Origin: Candidatus Peregrinibacteria bacterium CG_4_9_14_0_2_um_filter_41_14
GTDB lineage: Bacteria > Patescibacteriota > Gracilibacteria > UBA1369 > UM-FILTER-41-14
DNA: 64,000 bases
Direction: 5' to 3'
Assembly (NCBI GenBank): GCA_002788755.1
Contig: PFRW01000063.1
Location: 13,339-77,338 of the forward strand
Each line of letters starts with the position of its first letter. The stretch's first letter is position 1. Of this stretch, positions 1 to 9,942 are shown piece by piece. Made by a program: the position numbers and the translations under genes. The notes under the pieces are model-generated. The model was not told the origin of the DNA. It made no database searches and saw only the letters and a list, made by a program, of their open reading frames with translations.

Positions 1-50
1 GTATTGGCACCCTGGCATTCGAATTCTCCTTATTACCGGCAAATCTCTCC

Positions 51-1373
51 ATGGGAGCAAGTGTGAAAAAGGAAAACATCACCACCCGCACCGTAGTCCA
101 TTTTACAAGAATCAAAAAAACATTGGCATCATTAATCGATTTTTTCAATTTCATTCCATCTCAAAGTGCACATCACGTAGAAGCCCATAAAGTTGAGACC
201 ATACTTGAACCTCACAATGTCAGTAAAAGAATTACAAGATTCGACTTCCTTTCAAACTACAAAGAAAAGTTAGAAAATCATTTTTCACCAAAATCAGTTA
301 AAATCGGAGCTGGTGTAATTAGTATTTTTATCATTCTAATTGTAGCATTTGCCATTACTAGAGGTGCTCAATTAAGTGCAATTAATCAATATGATGATAT
401 TTTGACCAACGCCCGAGCTCAAATTGCAAAAGCTCAAAGTAAAACCAATAAAGAGGAAGCCGCAACTCTTTTATCCAATGCCGAAGAATCACTAAAACCA
501 GCACTGGCCGCCAAATACGTACGTAGCGAAGCCAACAAAATTCTATCTGAAATCAAAGCCATCCGTTTTCAATTTGATGAAGTCATTACTGTTGATAAAC
601 CACAAATAGTGACCTCAATCCAAAACATTAGCGATAAAGGACCATTACAAGGACTACTTAAATTTGACCAAGGCTTATTTGGCTACAACAACCAAGAATT
701 AATTGAAATCCTTTTAGACGCCACTAAAACTCCAATCAATCTATTAGATACTAATGCAATTCTAGATGCCACAATTTTAACTGAAGACAATAGCGCCTAC
801 TTTATGATCGATAACGGCAGAATCCTAGAATATAGTGACGGCTTAGCCAAATTTATTGACAGCGAAGACGCTGCATTTAAAAGCGCTACCGCAATCACCA
901 GCTTTGGATCTAGAATGTATTTATTGGATAACAAGGGTAAACAAATTTGGAAATATAGCAAAAAAAGAGATAGCTTTGGTACAGCAGAACCATTTTTACA
1001 AAGTACAACCCTACCTCCATCTAAAGATATCGCCATTGATGGCTCAATCTATGTCTTAACCGACAATAACCAAATTCTAAGATATTTTGGCGGCAAAATT
1101 GACAACTTCCTTATTGTTGATGCACCATTAGTACCACCACAAAATCCAACTAAAATCTTTACTAATGAAGACGAAAGCTTTTTGTACATTCTTGATCCAA
1201 CCGAAAATAGAGTTATGCTCTACTACAAAAATCAGCAAACAAAGAATATTGAATATGTTCGCCAATACTACTTCCCTACGGTCAACAACATCACCGCTTT
1301 TAGTCCGAGTATCGACGATAAAAAACTATACGTAGCCGATGACGAAACAATTTATGTTACAGAGCTCAAGTAG
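51..1373 (+). CDS. Hypothetical membrane-anchored protein with repeat-rich (possibly beta-propeller-like) C-terminal region
   Basis: 440-aa ORF. One hydrophobic helix (GAGVISIFIILIVAFAI) is followed by a helical segment. Short motifs then recur: GRILEYSDG, GKQIWKYS, NQILRYFGG, NRVMLYY, LYVADDETIYV. The frame is open from nt 3 (IGTLAFEFSLLPANLS precedes the ATG), so the true start may lie upstream of the window. Confidence 0.55.
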   Translation: MGASVKKENITTRTVVHFTRIKKTLASLIDFFNFIPSQSAHHVEAHKVETILEPHNVSKRITRFDFLSNYKEKLENHFSPKSVKIGAGVISIFIILIVAFAITRGAQLSAINQYDDILTNARAQIAKAQSKTNKEEAATLLSNAEESLKPALAAKYVRSEANKILSEIKAIRFQFDEVITVDKPQIVTSIQNISDKGPLQGLLKFDQGLFGYNNQELIEILLDATKTPINLLDTNAILDATILTEDNSAYFMIDNGRILEYSDGLAKFIDSEDAAFKSATAITSFGSRMYLLDNKGKQIWKYSKKRDSFGTAEPFLQSTTLPPSKDIAIDGSIYVLTDNNQILRYFGGKIDNFLIVDAPLVPPQNPTKIFTNEDESFLYILDPTENRVMLYYKNQQTKNIEYVRQYYFPTVNNITAFSPSIDDKKLYVADDETIYVTELK

Positions 1374-1379
1374 GTTTTT

Positions 1380-2501
1380 CTACTTTACGTATTCATAAGT
1401 ACTTTTCGCCATTTGCATCGATTCATTTGTAGGAATAACAAGTACCTTAATTAAGCTGCTCTTGCTACTAATTTGCAAGCTATTGATCTCATTTCTTGCT
1501 TCATCAAGCTTTACACCAAGTGGCGCTAAGTGCTCACAAATTCTTCGTCTAATTTCTGCAGAATCTTCACCCATACCTGCCGTAAACACAATTGCATCTA
1601 ATTTCCCAAGTACAGCGAACTGACTAAAAATCATTCTGGCTACTTTTAAAACAAAAAAATTGACCGCACGCTCAGCTGCAACTTTTTCACTACGGTTAGG
1701 CTTTAAAAGGTCGCGCATATCACTGGCATACTCAGAAAGTCCCAACAAACCAGATTTATGAAAAAGCATATCTTCGATTTCGGCAATTGGCATTTTTAAT
1801 TTGCGCTGCAGGTAAAAAATGATTGCAGCATCAATACTACCTGACCTTGTAGACATTGGTACGCCTTCTAAAGGTGTAAATCCCATAGAACAGTCCAAAG
1901 ACTGCCCATTGGCAATAGCAGTTAAACTACACCCACTGCCTAAGTGACAAGAAATAAACCGCACACGCTTATTCTTCAGGATTTCGATTGTCTTATTGGC
2001 AATATAGTTATGGCTAATTCCATGAAAGCCATACTTGCGCACGGCATGCTTTTTATATAGATAGTAGGGAAGCGCATACAAATAATTTTCCTCAGGAATT
2101 GTTGAATGAAAAGCAGTATCAAAAATGGCATAATGAGGGCATTTAACCAGCTTTTCCGCAGCATTAATTCCTTCTAGATTATATGGATTATGCAGTGGTG
2201 CCAAATCGGACAAATTTTTAATATCAGTTTTTACACGTCGATTAATTAAGGCAGGCCGCTCGTATTTTTCTCCACCATGTACAACTCGATGACAAACAAA
2301 ATTGACTTGATCTAAGGACTTAATAATACCTATTTGCATCATTTTATCGATTAATAATGCCAATGACTTTTCATATATCTCACTAGATTGATTTTTTTCC
2401 AATCTCTCTACTTTGTCATCAAAATAAATCTCATTTGTTACGGGATTAACTAAGCTAACCTTAATTGATGATGATCCACAATTTACAGCCAAAAAATACA
2501 T
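1380..2501 (-). CDS. ackA: Acetate kinase
   Basis: 373 aa. N-terminal LAVNCGSSSIKVSL, then FHGISH, HLGSGCSLTAI and VFTAGMGEDS, all colinear with acetate/propionate kinases. Lies 5 nt downstream of pta. Confidence 0.9.
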   Translation of the reverse strand: MYFLAVNCGSSSIKVSLVNPVTNEIYFDDKVERLEKNQSSEIYEKSLALLIDKMMQIGIIKSLDQVNFVCHRVVHGGEKYERPALINRRVKTDIKNLSDLAPLHNPYNLEGINAAEKLVKCPHYAIFDTAFHSTIPEENYLYALPYYLYKKHAVRKYGFHGISHNYIANKTIEILKNKRVRFISCHLGSGCSLTAIANGQSLDCSMGFTPLEGVPMSTRSGSIDAAIIFYLQRKLKMPIAEIEDMLFHKSGLLGLSEYASDMRDLLKPNRSEKVAAERAVNFFVLKVARMIFSQFAVLGKLDAIVFTAGMGEDSAEIRRRICEHLAPLGVKLDEARNEINSLQISSKSSLIKVLVIPTNESMQMAKSTYEYVK

Positions 2502-2506
2502 AATAA

Positions 2507-3487
2507 TTATTTAGAGAGTTGAGCCTGAACAGTCGTAATTGCCGCTAAGTTAGCGATATCCATAAAGTTACAGCCCCGTGATAAATCATTAACGGGACGA
2601 GTCAAACCTTGCAAAATCGGCCCAATTGCTTTAGCACCGGCCAAACGTTCCACTAGTTTATAACCTATATTCCCAGCCTCTAGGCTTGGAAATATTAATA
2701 TATTTGCATCACCCTGCAATGGACTATTTGGTGCCTTTTTACTGGCTACACTTGGCACCATTGCTGCATCTACTTGAATGTCGCCATCTATTAATAAATC
2801 CGGCGCCTTACTTTTTACCAAACTAGTAGCAAGTTTTACTTTTTCCACTAAAGGATGTGTTGCGGAACTATGTGTAGAAAATGATAACATTGCCACTTTG
2901 GGAATGATACCAAACTGCTTGGCAGTTTTAGCTGTGTCTAATGCTATGCCGGCTAAATCTTCGGGACTTGGATCTATATTAATCGCACAATCGGCAAACA
3001 TATAAACTTTTTCATCCATTACCAAAAAGAAAAATCCGGAAACACGAGCAAAATCATCCTTCGCAACCAATAACTCTAGGGCGGGGCGTACAGTTTGTGC
3101 TGTTGTAAACGTAGTACCAGAAATCATACCATCAACCATTCCTTCATAAACAAGCATCGTCCCATAGTGATTAACATCAGTCATAAGGCTTGTAGCCTCA
3201 CTCAACGTTACGTGCTTATGTTTCCGTAACTCAGCATAGGTAGCAGCAAATTGATCCTTATAACGCCAATCAACGCACTCTAAAAACTCCCCCTCAACTA
3301 AATCATACTGATTAAGTAAAGGTTCTAACCGGAGACGATCACCTAGCAAAAAAACCTTTGCTAATTTTTCGGTCACTATCAATTGCGCCGCCTGCAAAAT
3401 GCGCTCATCAAGTAAGGCTTCAGGAAAAATGATACGTTGCGGATTACTGCTGGCTTTAGTTTTTATTTTTGATAAAAAATTTTGCAT
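2507..3487 (-). CDS. pta: Phosphate acetyltransferase (short form)
   Basis: 326 aa. Motifs IIFPEALLDERILQAA, VDGMISG, ADCAIN, SFSTHSS, LIFPSLEAGNIGYK and GPILQGL are typical of Pta. Forms an operon with ackA. Confidence 0.9.
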   Translation of the reverse strand: MQNFLSKIKTKASSNPQRIIFPEALLDERILQAAQLIVTEKLAKVFLLGDRLRLEPLLNQYDLVEGEFLECVDWRYKDQFAATYAELRKHKHVTLSEATSLMTDVNHYGTMLVYEGMVDGMISGTTFTTAQTVRPALELLVAKDDFARVSGFFFLVMDEKVYMFADCAINIDPSPEDLAGIALDTAKTAKQFGIIPKVAMLSFSTHSSATHPLVEKVKLATSLVKSKAPDLLIDGDIQVDAAMVPSVASKKAPNSPLQGDANILIFPSLEAGNIGYKLVERLAGAKAIGPILQGLTRPVNDLSRGCNFMDIANLAAITTVQAQLSK

Positions 3488-3501
3488 TCTACAATTAAAA
3501 A

Positions 3502-3759
3502 CTAATTGCCTATATTTTTGACAGCATCTTTGGCCTCTTTAATTTCTTTAGCGGCACTTTTTACATCACCAATAAATTCTTTTGTTTCAGTAATACTGGC
3601 CTTAATTTCACCTGTAGTTGAATCAAAATCATTTTTTAGGGAATTAGCCGAAGCACCCAAATCTGACTTAACTTTGTCGCATCCCAACAAAAAAATTGTA
3701 ACTACTAACAAAATTACAACAAAATAAAATTTTTTATTATTTGTCATTTGATTTTTCAA
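3502..3759 (-). CDS. Small predicted lipoprotein
   Basis: 85 aa. Hydrophobic signal sequence ends in the lipobox-like LLGC. The remainder is Lys/Glu-rich and helical. No family recognised. Confidence 0.45.
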   Translation of the reverse strand: MKNQMTNNKKFYFVVILLVVTIFLLGCDKVKSDLGASANSLKNDFDSTTGEIKASITETKEFIGDVKSAAKEIKEAKDAVKNIGN

Positions 3760-4087
3760 TTTTAAATAAAGACTTAAAGTTACCAGAAAAATCTCGAAGG
3801 AAATTTTTCACATCCAACACGTCATTTTCGGAAACATACGAGTAACTATTGGCACTTACTTTAATCCCAAGATGTTTGCGCAATTTATTCTCATCATCCG
3901 AAGGCAATAAACTAATATTGGCAAATACTTGCACTTCGCATTTTCTGCAACCAAGAACAACATCACATTGCCCTTCAATAACATTGGTAATCATAACATC
4001 ACGATTACTATAAGACTTCCGACACTTGGGACATCGGAACTTTCGCTTTAACTGCATTATTACTTCTTTCAATAACAAGAAATTCAT
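3737..4087 (-). CDS. Zinc-ribbon hypothetical protein
   Basis: 116 aa with two CxxC pairs (CPKC...CRKC). Overlaps the downstream small lipoprotein gene by 23 nt. The start may be the internal Met of MQLKRKF. Confidence 0.45.
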   Translation of the reverse strand: MNFLLLKEVIMQLKRKFRCPKCRKSYSNRDVMITNVIEGQCDVVLGCRKCEVQVFANISLLPSDDENKLRKHLGIKVSANSYSYVSENDVLDVKNFLRDFSGNFKSLFKIEKSNDK

Positions 4088-4150
4088 ATTTTTAATGCTT
4101 TAATACTAAAAACACTCCATATGCTACCAGTATGCCTTCAAATGTAAAGG

Positions 4151-5743
4151 CTAACTACCTATTTTTTCCAAATAGTCAGCAGCCGCTCTCAAGCGGCCTT
4201 GCGCCCGTTCCGCACCCATTGCCCAAGCCATTTCAAAAACACCGGGTGAAAACTGCTCCCCCGATAATGCCACGCGGCAAGGCCAAAGCATTTGGCCGGT
4301 TTTTACTTCCATTATTTCAATCAATTCAATCCATCTTGCTTTAAGAGAATTCGGTGTTTTAAAGTCTTCCCCAGTCAACTCACCAGCTGACCTCCGCAGC
4401 ACCAAAATGGCTACACTGGCATCAACCTCCAGTTTCTCATTCAACAATACTTCCTTTTTATAATCCAACTTATCTACAAAATAAAAACTGATATAATTCA
4501 TTACTTGAGCCGGCTCTTGCAAAATCTTTTCTTCCACAGTGATTAAAGCTCTTAATAAAAAATCTTCATCCTGCTTCTCTAAAAGATTTTCAGACAAATC
4601 TCCTTTTACTAATTCTAACAACTTCCGACCTCTTTCTAAAGTAAAATTTTGATCTAAATGTTCACTGCTAAAAACAAAATTAAAATGGTTCGGCTTAAAT
4701 TCATGGATTTCAACAGCTGGATCTAGTTTTTTGGCAACCACCTTCAACTCGTTTAAATAAGCTAAACGACGCCATTGCCAGTTGTACCAATCCAACTTAT
4801 CTAAATCAAAAATCGCTCCTGACTTCTGCACGCGATCAATCGAAAAAGACTCAATTAGCTCATCCATTGTATAAATTTCTTTGTTATCATTTGTATTCCA
4901 GCCTAGTAGTGCAATAAAATTAATAATTGCCTCTTTAATATAACCCTTTTGCCGATAAGACTCGGTAGAAACATCATTTTGTCTTTTTGATAATTTGCTA
5001 CGATCCTTATTCAAGATTAATGGCAGATGAGCAAATTCTGGTTGATTCCAGCCAAAAGCCTCATAAAGCAAAATGTGCTTAGGCGTAGAAGGTAGCCATT
5101 CTTCACCACGAAAAACATGGGTGATTTCCATTAAGTGATCATCCACAACCGATGCTAAATGATAAGTAGGGAAACCATCGGATTTTAATAAAACTTGATC
5201 TTCCAAGTCCTTAGACTCAAATTTTACACGACCCCTAATATTATCAATAAACTCTACTCTTCGACTTGTTGGCATTTTTTGGCGCAAAACAAACGGTATT
5301 TTTGCCTCAAGCTTTTCGGCAACCTCCTTAGAACTTAAACTACTACAACGACCATCGTATTTAGGTGGCAAACTAAACTTCTTTTGCTGTTCTCTCATTT
5401 CATCCAAAGTCTCTTTCTTACAAAAACAGTAATAAGCATGCCCATTTTCCACCAACTCAAACGCATATTTTTTATAGATATCCAAACGCTCAGATTGAAT
5501 ATATGGTGCAAAAGGTCCGCCAACTTCCGGTCCCTCATCAAAGTTCAATCCGGCCCAACGCAAATTCTCAATCAAATTCTCTAATGAGCCACTAACTAAA
5601 CGTTCTTGGTCTGTATCTTCAATACGTAAAATAAATGTACCTCCCATTTTTTTGGCAAGCAGATAACAATACAAAGCGGTCCTGAGACCGCCGATATGCA
5701 GGTATCCGGTAGGCGATGGCGCAAAACGTGTCCGAACTGTCAT
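4151..5743 (-). CDS. gltX: Glutamyl-tRNA synthetase
   Basis: 530 aa. RTRFAPSPTGYLHIGGLRTALY provides the class I HIGH-type motif and KLSKRQ the KMSKS-type motif. Colinear with bacterial GluRS. Confidence 0.92.
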   Translation of the reverse strand: MTVRTRFAPSPTGYLHIGGLRTALYCYLLAKKMGGTFILRIEDTDQERLVSGSLENLIENLRWAGLNFDEGPEVGGPFAPYIQSERLDIYKKYAFELVENGHAYYCFCKKETLDEMREQQKKFSLPPKYDGRCSSLSSKEVAEKLEAKIPFVLRQKMPTSRRVEFIDNIRGRVKFESKDLEDQVLLKSDGFPTYHLASVVDDHLMEITHVFRGEEWLPSTPKHILLYEAFGWNQPEFAHLPLILNKDRSKLSKRQNDVSTESYRQKGYIKEAIINFIALLGWNTNDNKEIYTMDELIESFSIDRVQKSGAIFDLDKLDWYNWQWRRLAYLNELKVVAKKLDPAVEIHEFKPNHFNFVFSSEHLDQNFTLERGRKLLELVKGDLSENLLEKQDEDFLLRALITVEEKILQEPAQVMNYISFYFVDKLDYKKEVLLNEKLEVDASVAILVLRRSAGELTGEDFKTPNSLKARWIELIEIMEVKTGQMLWPCRVALSGEQFSPGVFEMAWAMGAERAQGRLRAAADYLEKIGS

Positions 5744-5841
5744 AGTATATATTTAAACTGATTTAAGCCTACTATAGTCAATAATTCGCTTTTTTCCAAC
5801 CTTTAATTAGGGTATAAATTAAAAGAATTAATTATAAGCAC

Positions 5842-7353
5842 ATGTCACAAGAAACATATTACATTACAACCGCAATTGCCTACGTTAACGGCCGCCCACA
5901 CATTGGCCACGCCATGGAAATGCTGCAAGCCGACTGCCTAGCCCGCTACAACCGTTTAATTGGCAATGACACCTACTTTTTAACAGGAACCGACGAATTC
6001 GGCAGCAAAGTCTACAAAACCGCCGAAGATGCCGGCATTAGTGTTGAAAAACTGGTAGACCAAAATGTCATTCCATTTCAGGAACTAACTACAAAATTAA
6101 ACTTATCACACGACCAATTTATTCGAACTTCATCCGCTCAACATCGCACCGGCGCCCAAAAACTGTGGCAAAAACTAGTCGACAACAACGATATTTACAA
6201 AGACACCTACGAAGGCCTCTACTGCATTGGCTGCGAAACCTACCTAGGGCCCAAAGAGCTAGAAGACGGCAAATGCGCCATCCACAAAAAAGAACCGGAA
6301 CTAATTAAAGAAGAAAACTACTTTTTTAAACTCTCCAAATATAACGATCAAATTAAAGAATTAATCACAAGCGATAAACTAAAAATCCACCCGGAAGCCC
6401 GCCGCAACGAAATCCTGGCCCAATTAGAAAGGGGACTGCACGACATCAGTTTTTCCAGACCAAAATCCGCACTACCTTGGGGAGTAGAAGTCCCAAACGA
6501 CTCCGACCACGTTATGTACGTATGGTGTGACGCCCTCTCCAACTACATTACCGCCTTAGACTTTGAACATGATTCCGCCCTTTTTCAAAAATATTGGCCG
6601 GCCCAAATGCAAGTCATCGGCAAAGATATTCTCCGTTTTCATGCCGGCATCTGGATTGGCATGCTCCTTGCCGCCAAGCTACCAATTCCTGAAGCAATCG
6701 GCGTCCACGGCTTTATGACAAGCGAAGGCCACAAAATGAGCAAATCCCTCGGCAACGTCATCGACCCCTTTGACATTATCGATCAATACGGTGTTGATCC
6801 AGTCCGTTATTACCTCCTTAAAGAAATCCCCACAGCCGACGACGGCGACTTTAACCACGACCGTTTTAAAGAAGTCCACCAAAGCGACCTCGCCAACAAC
6901 CTCGGCAATCTCTTTAGCCGCGTCACCGCCATGCTCCAAAAATACAACGACGGCAAAACCCTAGAACTAAAAGCCTCCGAAGCCCTAACTCAAAGCCTAG
7001 AAACAGCCTGGCAAACCTACCACCATCAACTCAAACAATTCGACCTTAAAAAAGCGGCCGAAGCCATCATGCAACTACTAGACTTTGGCAACAAATACAT
7101 CGAGCAAAACCAACCATGGACCCTCGCCAAAACCGAACCGGAACACGCAAACCAAATCCTCACCGAACTAATCGAACTCCTGCGCCACAGCTCCATTATG
7201 CTAACACCATACCTACCCCAAACCGCTGCCGTTATCCAAGAGCGCCTCAACTACGTTCCAACAGCCGATTTTCAAACATCGATCAAAACACCTCTTCCTC
7301 AAGGACATGAAATTAGCAAAGGCGAATCACTTTTCCCACGTATAGAATCCTAG
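5842..7353 (+). CDS. metG: Methionyl-tRNA synthetase (short form)
   Basis: 503 aa. YVNGRPHIGHAME (HIGH), the zinc knuckle CIGCETY...CAIHK, and KMSKSLGN (KMSKS). Confidence 0.92.
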   Translation: MSQETYYITTAIAYVNGRPHIGHAMEMLQADCLARYNRLIGNDTYFLTGTDEFGSKVYKTAEDAGISVEKLVDQNVIPFQELTTKLNLSHDQFIRTSSAQHRTGAQKLWQKLVDNNDIYKDTYEGLYCIGCETYLGPKELEDGKCAIHKKEPELIKEENYFFKLSKYNDQIKELITSDKLKIHPEARRNEILAQLERGLHDISFSRPKSALPWGVEVPNDSDHVMYVWCDALSNYITALDFEHDSALFQKYWPAQMQVIGKDILRFHAGIWIGMLLAAKLPIPEAIGVHGFMTSEGHKMSKSLGNVIDPFDIIDQYGVDPVRYYLLKEIPTADDGDFNHDRFKEVHQSDLANNLGNLFSRVTAMLQKYNDGKTLELKASEALTQSLETAWQTYHHQLKQFDLKKAAEAIMQLLDFGNKYIEQNQPWTLAKTEPEHANQILTELIELLRHSSIMLTPYLPQTAAVIQERLNYVPTADFQTSIKTPLPQGHEISKGESLFPRIES

Positions 7354-7685
7354 TTAGCCACAGAGACCAATAAATCGAATACAGTGGAAACAATTGCGTA
7401 AGACAGAATCAGGATTAACAAAGCCACAACGGCCCAAATTAGACCTGATTTTGCTTTGCCCATTTGCTCATCATCACCAACCGAAATCACATACCTAAAC
7501 CCCGCAATAATAATAAAAATAATGGCAAGCGCACCGGCAAATTGAATCGCCGTTAACACAAAATCTCCCACTAATTTAGAAGCCTGCTCCTCAATCGTAC
7601 CACCCTTAATGGCGGGCAGATTCTCAGGACGAACATCATCCGGCAAACTTATTTGAGCAATTTGTAATTGTAGCCAACTCAACAT
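7350..7685 (-). CDS. VirB2/TrbC-like (T4SS-pilin-type) small membrane protein, paralogue 1
   Basis: 111 aa. C-terminal module is TM helix - GDDEQMGKAK loop - TM helix. No obvious signal peptide. The same module occurs in the four upstream genes. Confidence 0.55.
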   Translation of the reverse strand: MLSWLQLQIAQISLPDDVRPENLPAIKGGTIEEQASKLVGDFVLTAIQFAGALAIIFIIIAGFRYVISVGDDEQMGKAKSGLIWAVVALLILILSYAIVSTVFDLLVSVAN

Positions 7686-7696
7686 TTTTACAGTTT

Positions 7697-8134
7697 TTAA
7701 AGATTAACAATAACGCGCAACACACCAGACACAAGCGCAAATGCCCCACCAACAATGGCTGCCCCCAGCAACATATGAATAATTAAATCTTTCAACTTGG
7801 TCACTTCATCCTCATCACCTCTCGACAAAATCATTCTAATACCGGCATAAACCAGCACAATAAAAATCACAATTCCCATTGCATACAAAAATAGATTTAC
7901 CGCTTGCGGCAAAATATCGGTAATTAAATTTCCTTTGGGAAGGGCCACTGTCCGTCTTGCCCTTTCAGCATCAATTTCATCTTGGGTAACAGTAGAATCC
8001 GCAGGTATTTGATCTACAACCGGCGGCTTAGAAAACAATTTCTCCGGCGAAGGAAAACTAAGTGCCAAAGCACCGTTAGTTGACGTTAAAACTAATAAAC
8101 CACCAATTATAATGTTTACAAAAAAATTTCGCAT
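7697..8134 (-). CDS. VirB2/TrbC-like pilin-type protein, paralogue 2
   Basis: The ORF track starts at 8176 (TTG). The ATG at 8134 gives a clean signal peptide (MRNFFVNIIIGGLLVLTSTNGALA) and removes the overlap with the upstream gene. C-terminal module is TM - RGDEDEVTKLK - TM. Confidence 0.55.
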   Translation of the reverse strand: MRNFFVNIIIGGLLVLTSTNGALALSFPSPEKLFSKPPVVDQIPADSTVTQDEIDAERARRTVALPKGNLITDILPQAVNLFLYAMGIVIFIVLVYAGIRMILSRGDEDEVTKLKDLIIHMLLGAAIVGGAFALVSGVLRVIVNL

Positions 8135-8135
8135 C

Positions 8136-8666
8136 TTATTTAAAAGGTAAAGAACTAATAATCTGAACAATTGCAAAACTCAACAATGCCACAATTAAAC
8201 CAACAATCGAATACAAAGCCGCATTTTTAGCCTTAGTAGCCTTATCCTCATCGCCAAGTGTGGTAAAGTACATCGCTCCTGCATAAAGTAAAACAAGAAA
8301 CGACGCCAACGCAATCAGCCCAATTAATAATTTTGTAATTGATGGCAACACCGTTTTCAGAAAATATTGGCGAGCCACCTCAGGATCACTCAAGTCTGAC
8401 GCACTAATTCCCGGCACACCGTCGGGTTGGGGGAGAACTGGTATGGTGTATTCTTTAACGGGGGGGACATATGTAAATTGCTCACATTCAGGCGACAACT
8501 CAACTCCTGCATCTGCACGTCCTTCACATATACCTTTCAAAATAGCTTGTGCCGTTTCTTGCTGAGCGGGTGTCAACTCATCCGTAGCAGGAGCAGTATC
8601 CTGCGCCATAGCCGTAACCGGCAACAACAGAAGCAAAAACGATAATGTAATCAATATTTTTTTCAT
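8136..8666 (-). CDS. VirB2/TrbC-like pilin-type protein, paralogue 3
   Basis: 176 aa. Signal peptide MKKILITLSFLLLLLPVTAMA, a 2-Cys ectodomain, and the C-terminal module TM - LGDEDKATKAK - TM. Confidence 0.55.
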   Translation of the reverse strand: MKKILITLSFLLLLLPVTAMAQDTAPATDELTPAQQETAQAILKGICEGRADAGVELSPECEQFTYVPPVKEYTIPVLPQPDGVPGISASDLSDPEVARQYFLKTVLPSITKLLIGLIALASFLVLLYAGAMYFTTLGDEDKATKAKNAALYSIVGLIVALLSFAIVQIISSLPFK

Positions 8667-8687
8667 AATTAAAATTAAACAAAAATA

Positions 8688-9941
8688 TTACCTCATTGAA
8701 CCACTCTCAGTAGTCGCTGCCTCCTCTGCTGCCGCCTCTGTGGCCGCCTCCTGCAATAATTGCTTCTGCTGATCCTGAACATCTATAGGTGTAAAGAAAG
8801 TCGGATTAACAGCATAAAGTATTATTCCGGATAAAAATAAGACAGCCAAAGCAATAATCGACTGTACAATTCGTCCTTTCGCCTCATCAATTGCTTCGCC
8901 ACCGGACGCACTAATTTGAATCCCACTGACCATAATCACTAAAACGGCAATTACACCAACAATTCCCGCCGCCCACCTGTAAATGAAACCAATATAACTC
9001 TTTAGCAAATTAACGCCACTATCTGCCCAAATCGCTTGAACTTTATCGCAATAAACAACTGTTGGCAAAACACCGGTCTCATTACCGGCAACATTTAATT
9101 TATAACTACCATTATCCTGTCTAACTAAAGTCACCGAACTCAAATTACTTCGAGTTGGCACGCACTTCTCCACAATATAAGATTCACAGTCCGTAGGTCT
9201 AATCGCATAGTGATTTGGCGCTCCGGGCACAGGCTGTAATTCTCCTTTACTATCACGCACAAAATTAAGTTCACAAATTTTTGCACGATTATACACATTT
9301 TCATTACTAATGGGCTCTTCCAAAATCGTCACTAAATTACCCAGCAAAATCGCATCCTGCAATTGAGCAAACTCGGTATCTGTACGCTCACAAATCGATG
9401 TATCCGCACTTGTTAAGTTCACACAACTACTCCCCATCGTACCAAGCAATGTTTTTTTCTGTGCTGCTTGCAGGTTTTGTTGTTCAATCACTAAATCATC
9501 AACCGCATCACAGTCAGCTTTCATCGAATTAATATTACGATTTGCAAGAAATTTATTAATCGCAGCAATCTTATCTTGTAAAACTTTTTTTTCATCCACT
9601 TTCTCTGCTGCAAGCTTATTCAATTCAGTCTCTAATACTGCTTGTGTTCTTGGCCCATCAAAGATCGCGTTCGCTAACCTATCGCATGTAGGCTTTGAAC
9701 AATAATTACTAATTGACGTCACCGTTTTTCTGGCAAGCTTTGCACTCTCATCATCGTCACAAAAAGTTTTGATAGCTACTAGTAAATCAGCTTTATTCCC
9801 TGCCTCAATATCATTTATCAACTCATCAACATTACCATTAACTCCTGTTGACAGTGAATCATTATTCTGTGCCAAAACAGGCAAAAATGCATAAGGCAGA
9901 CATAACACCAACAACATCAAAATCAATAATATTTTTTTCAT
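8688..9941 (-). CDS. Cys-rich secreted protein with C-terminal VirB2/TrbC-like two-helix module, paralogue 4
   Basis: 417 aa. Signal peptide, a roughly 300-aa ectodomain with many Cys, then TM - SGGEAIDEAKGR - TM and an Ala/Glu/Thr-rich tail. Confidence 0.5.
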   Translation of the reverse strand: MKKILLILMLLVLCLPYAFLPVLAQNNDSLSTGVNGNVDELINDIEAGNKADLLVAIKTFCDDDESAKLARKTVTSISNYCSKPTCDRLANAIFDGPRTQAVLETELNKLAAEKVDEKKVLQDKIAAINKFLANRNINSMKADCDAVDDLVIEQQNLQAAQKKTLLGTMGSSCVNLTSADTSICERTDTEFAQLQDAILLGNLVTILEEPISNENVYNRAKICELNFVRDSKGELQPVPGAPNHYAIRPTDCESYIVEKCVPTRSNLSSVTLVRQDNGSYKLNVAGNETGVLPTVVYCDKVQAIWADSGVNLLKSYIGFIYRWAAGIVGVIAVLVIMVSGIQISASGGEAIDEAKGRIVQSIIALAVLFLSGIILYAVNPTFFTPIDVQDQQKQLLQEAATEAAAEEAATTESGSMR

Positions 9942-9942
9942 T

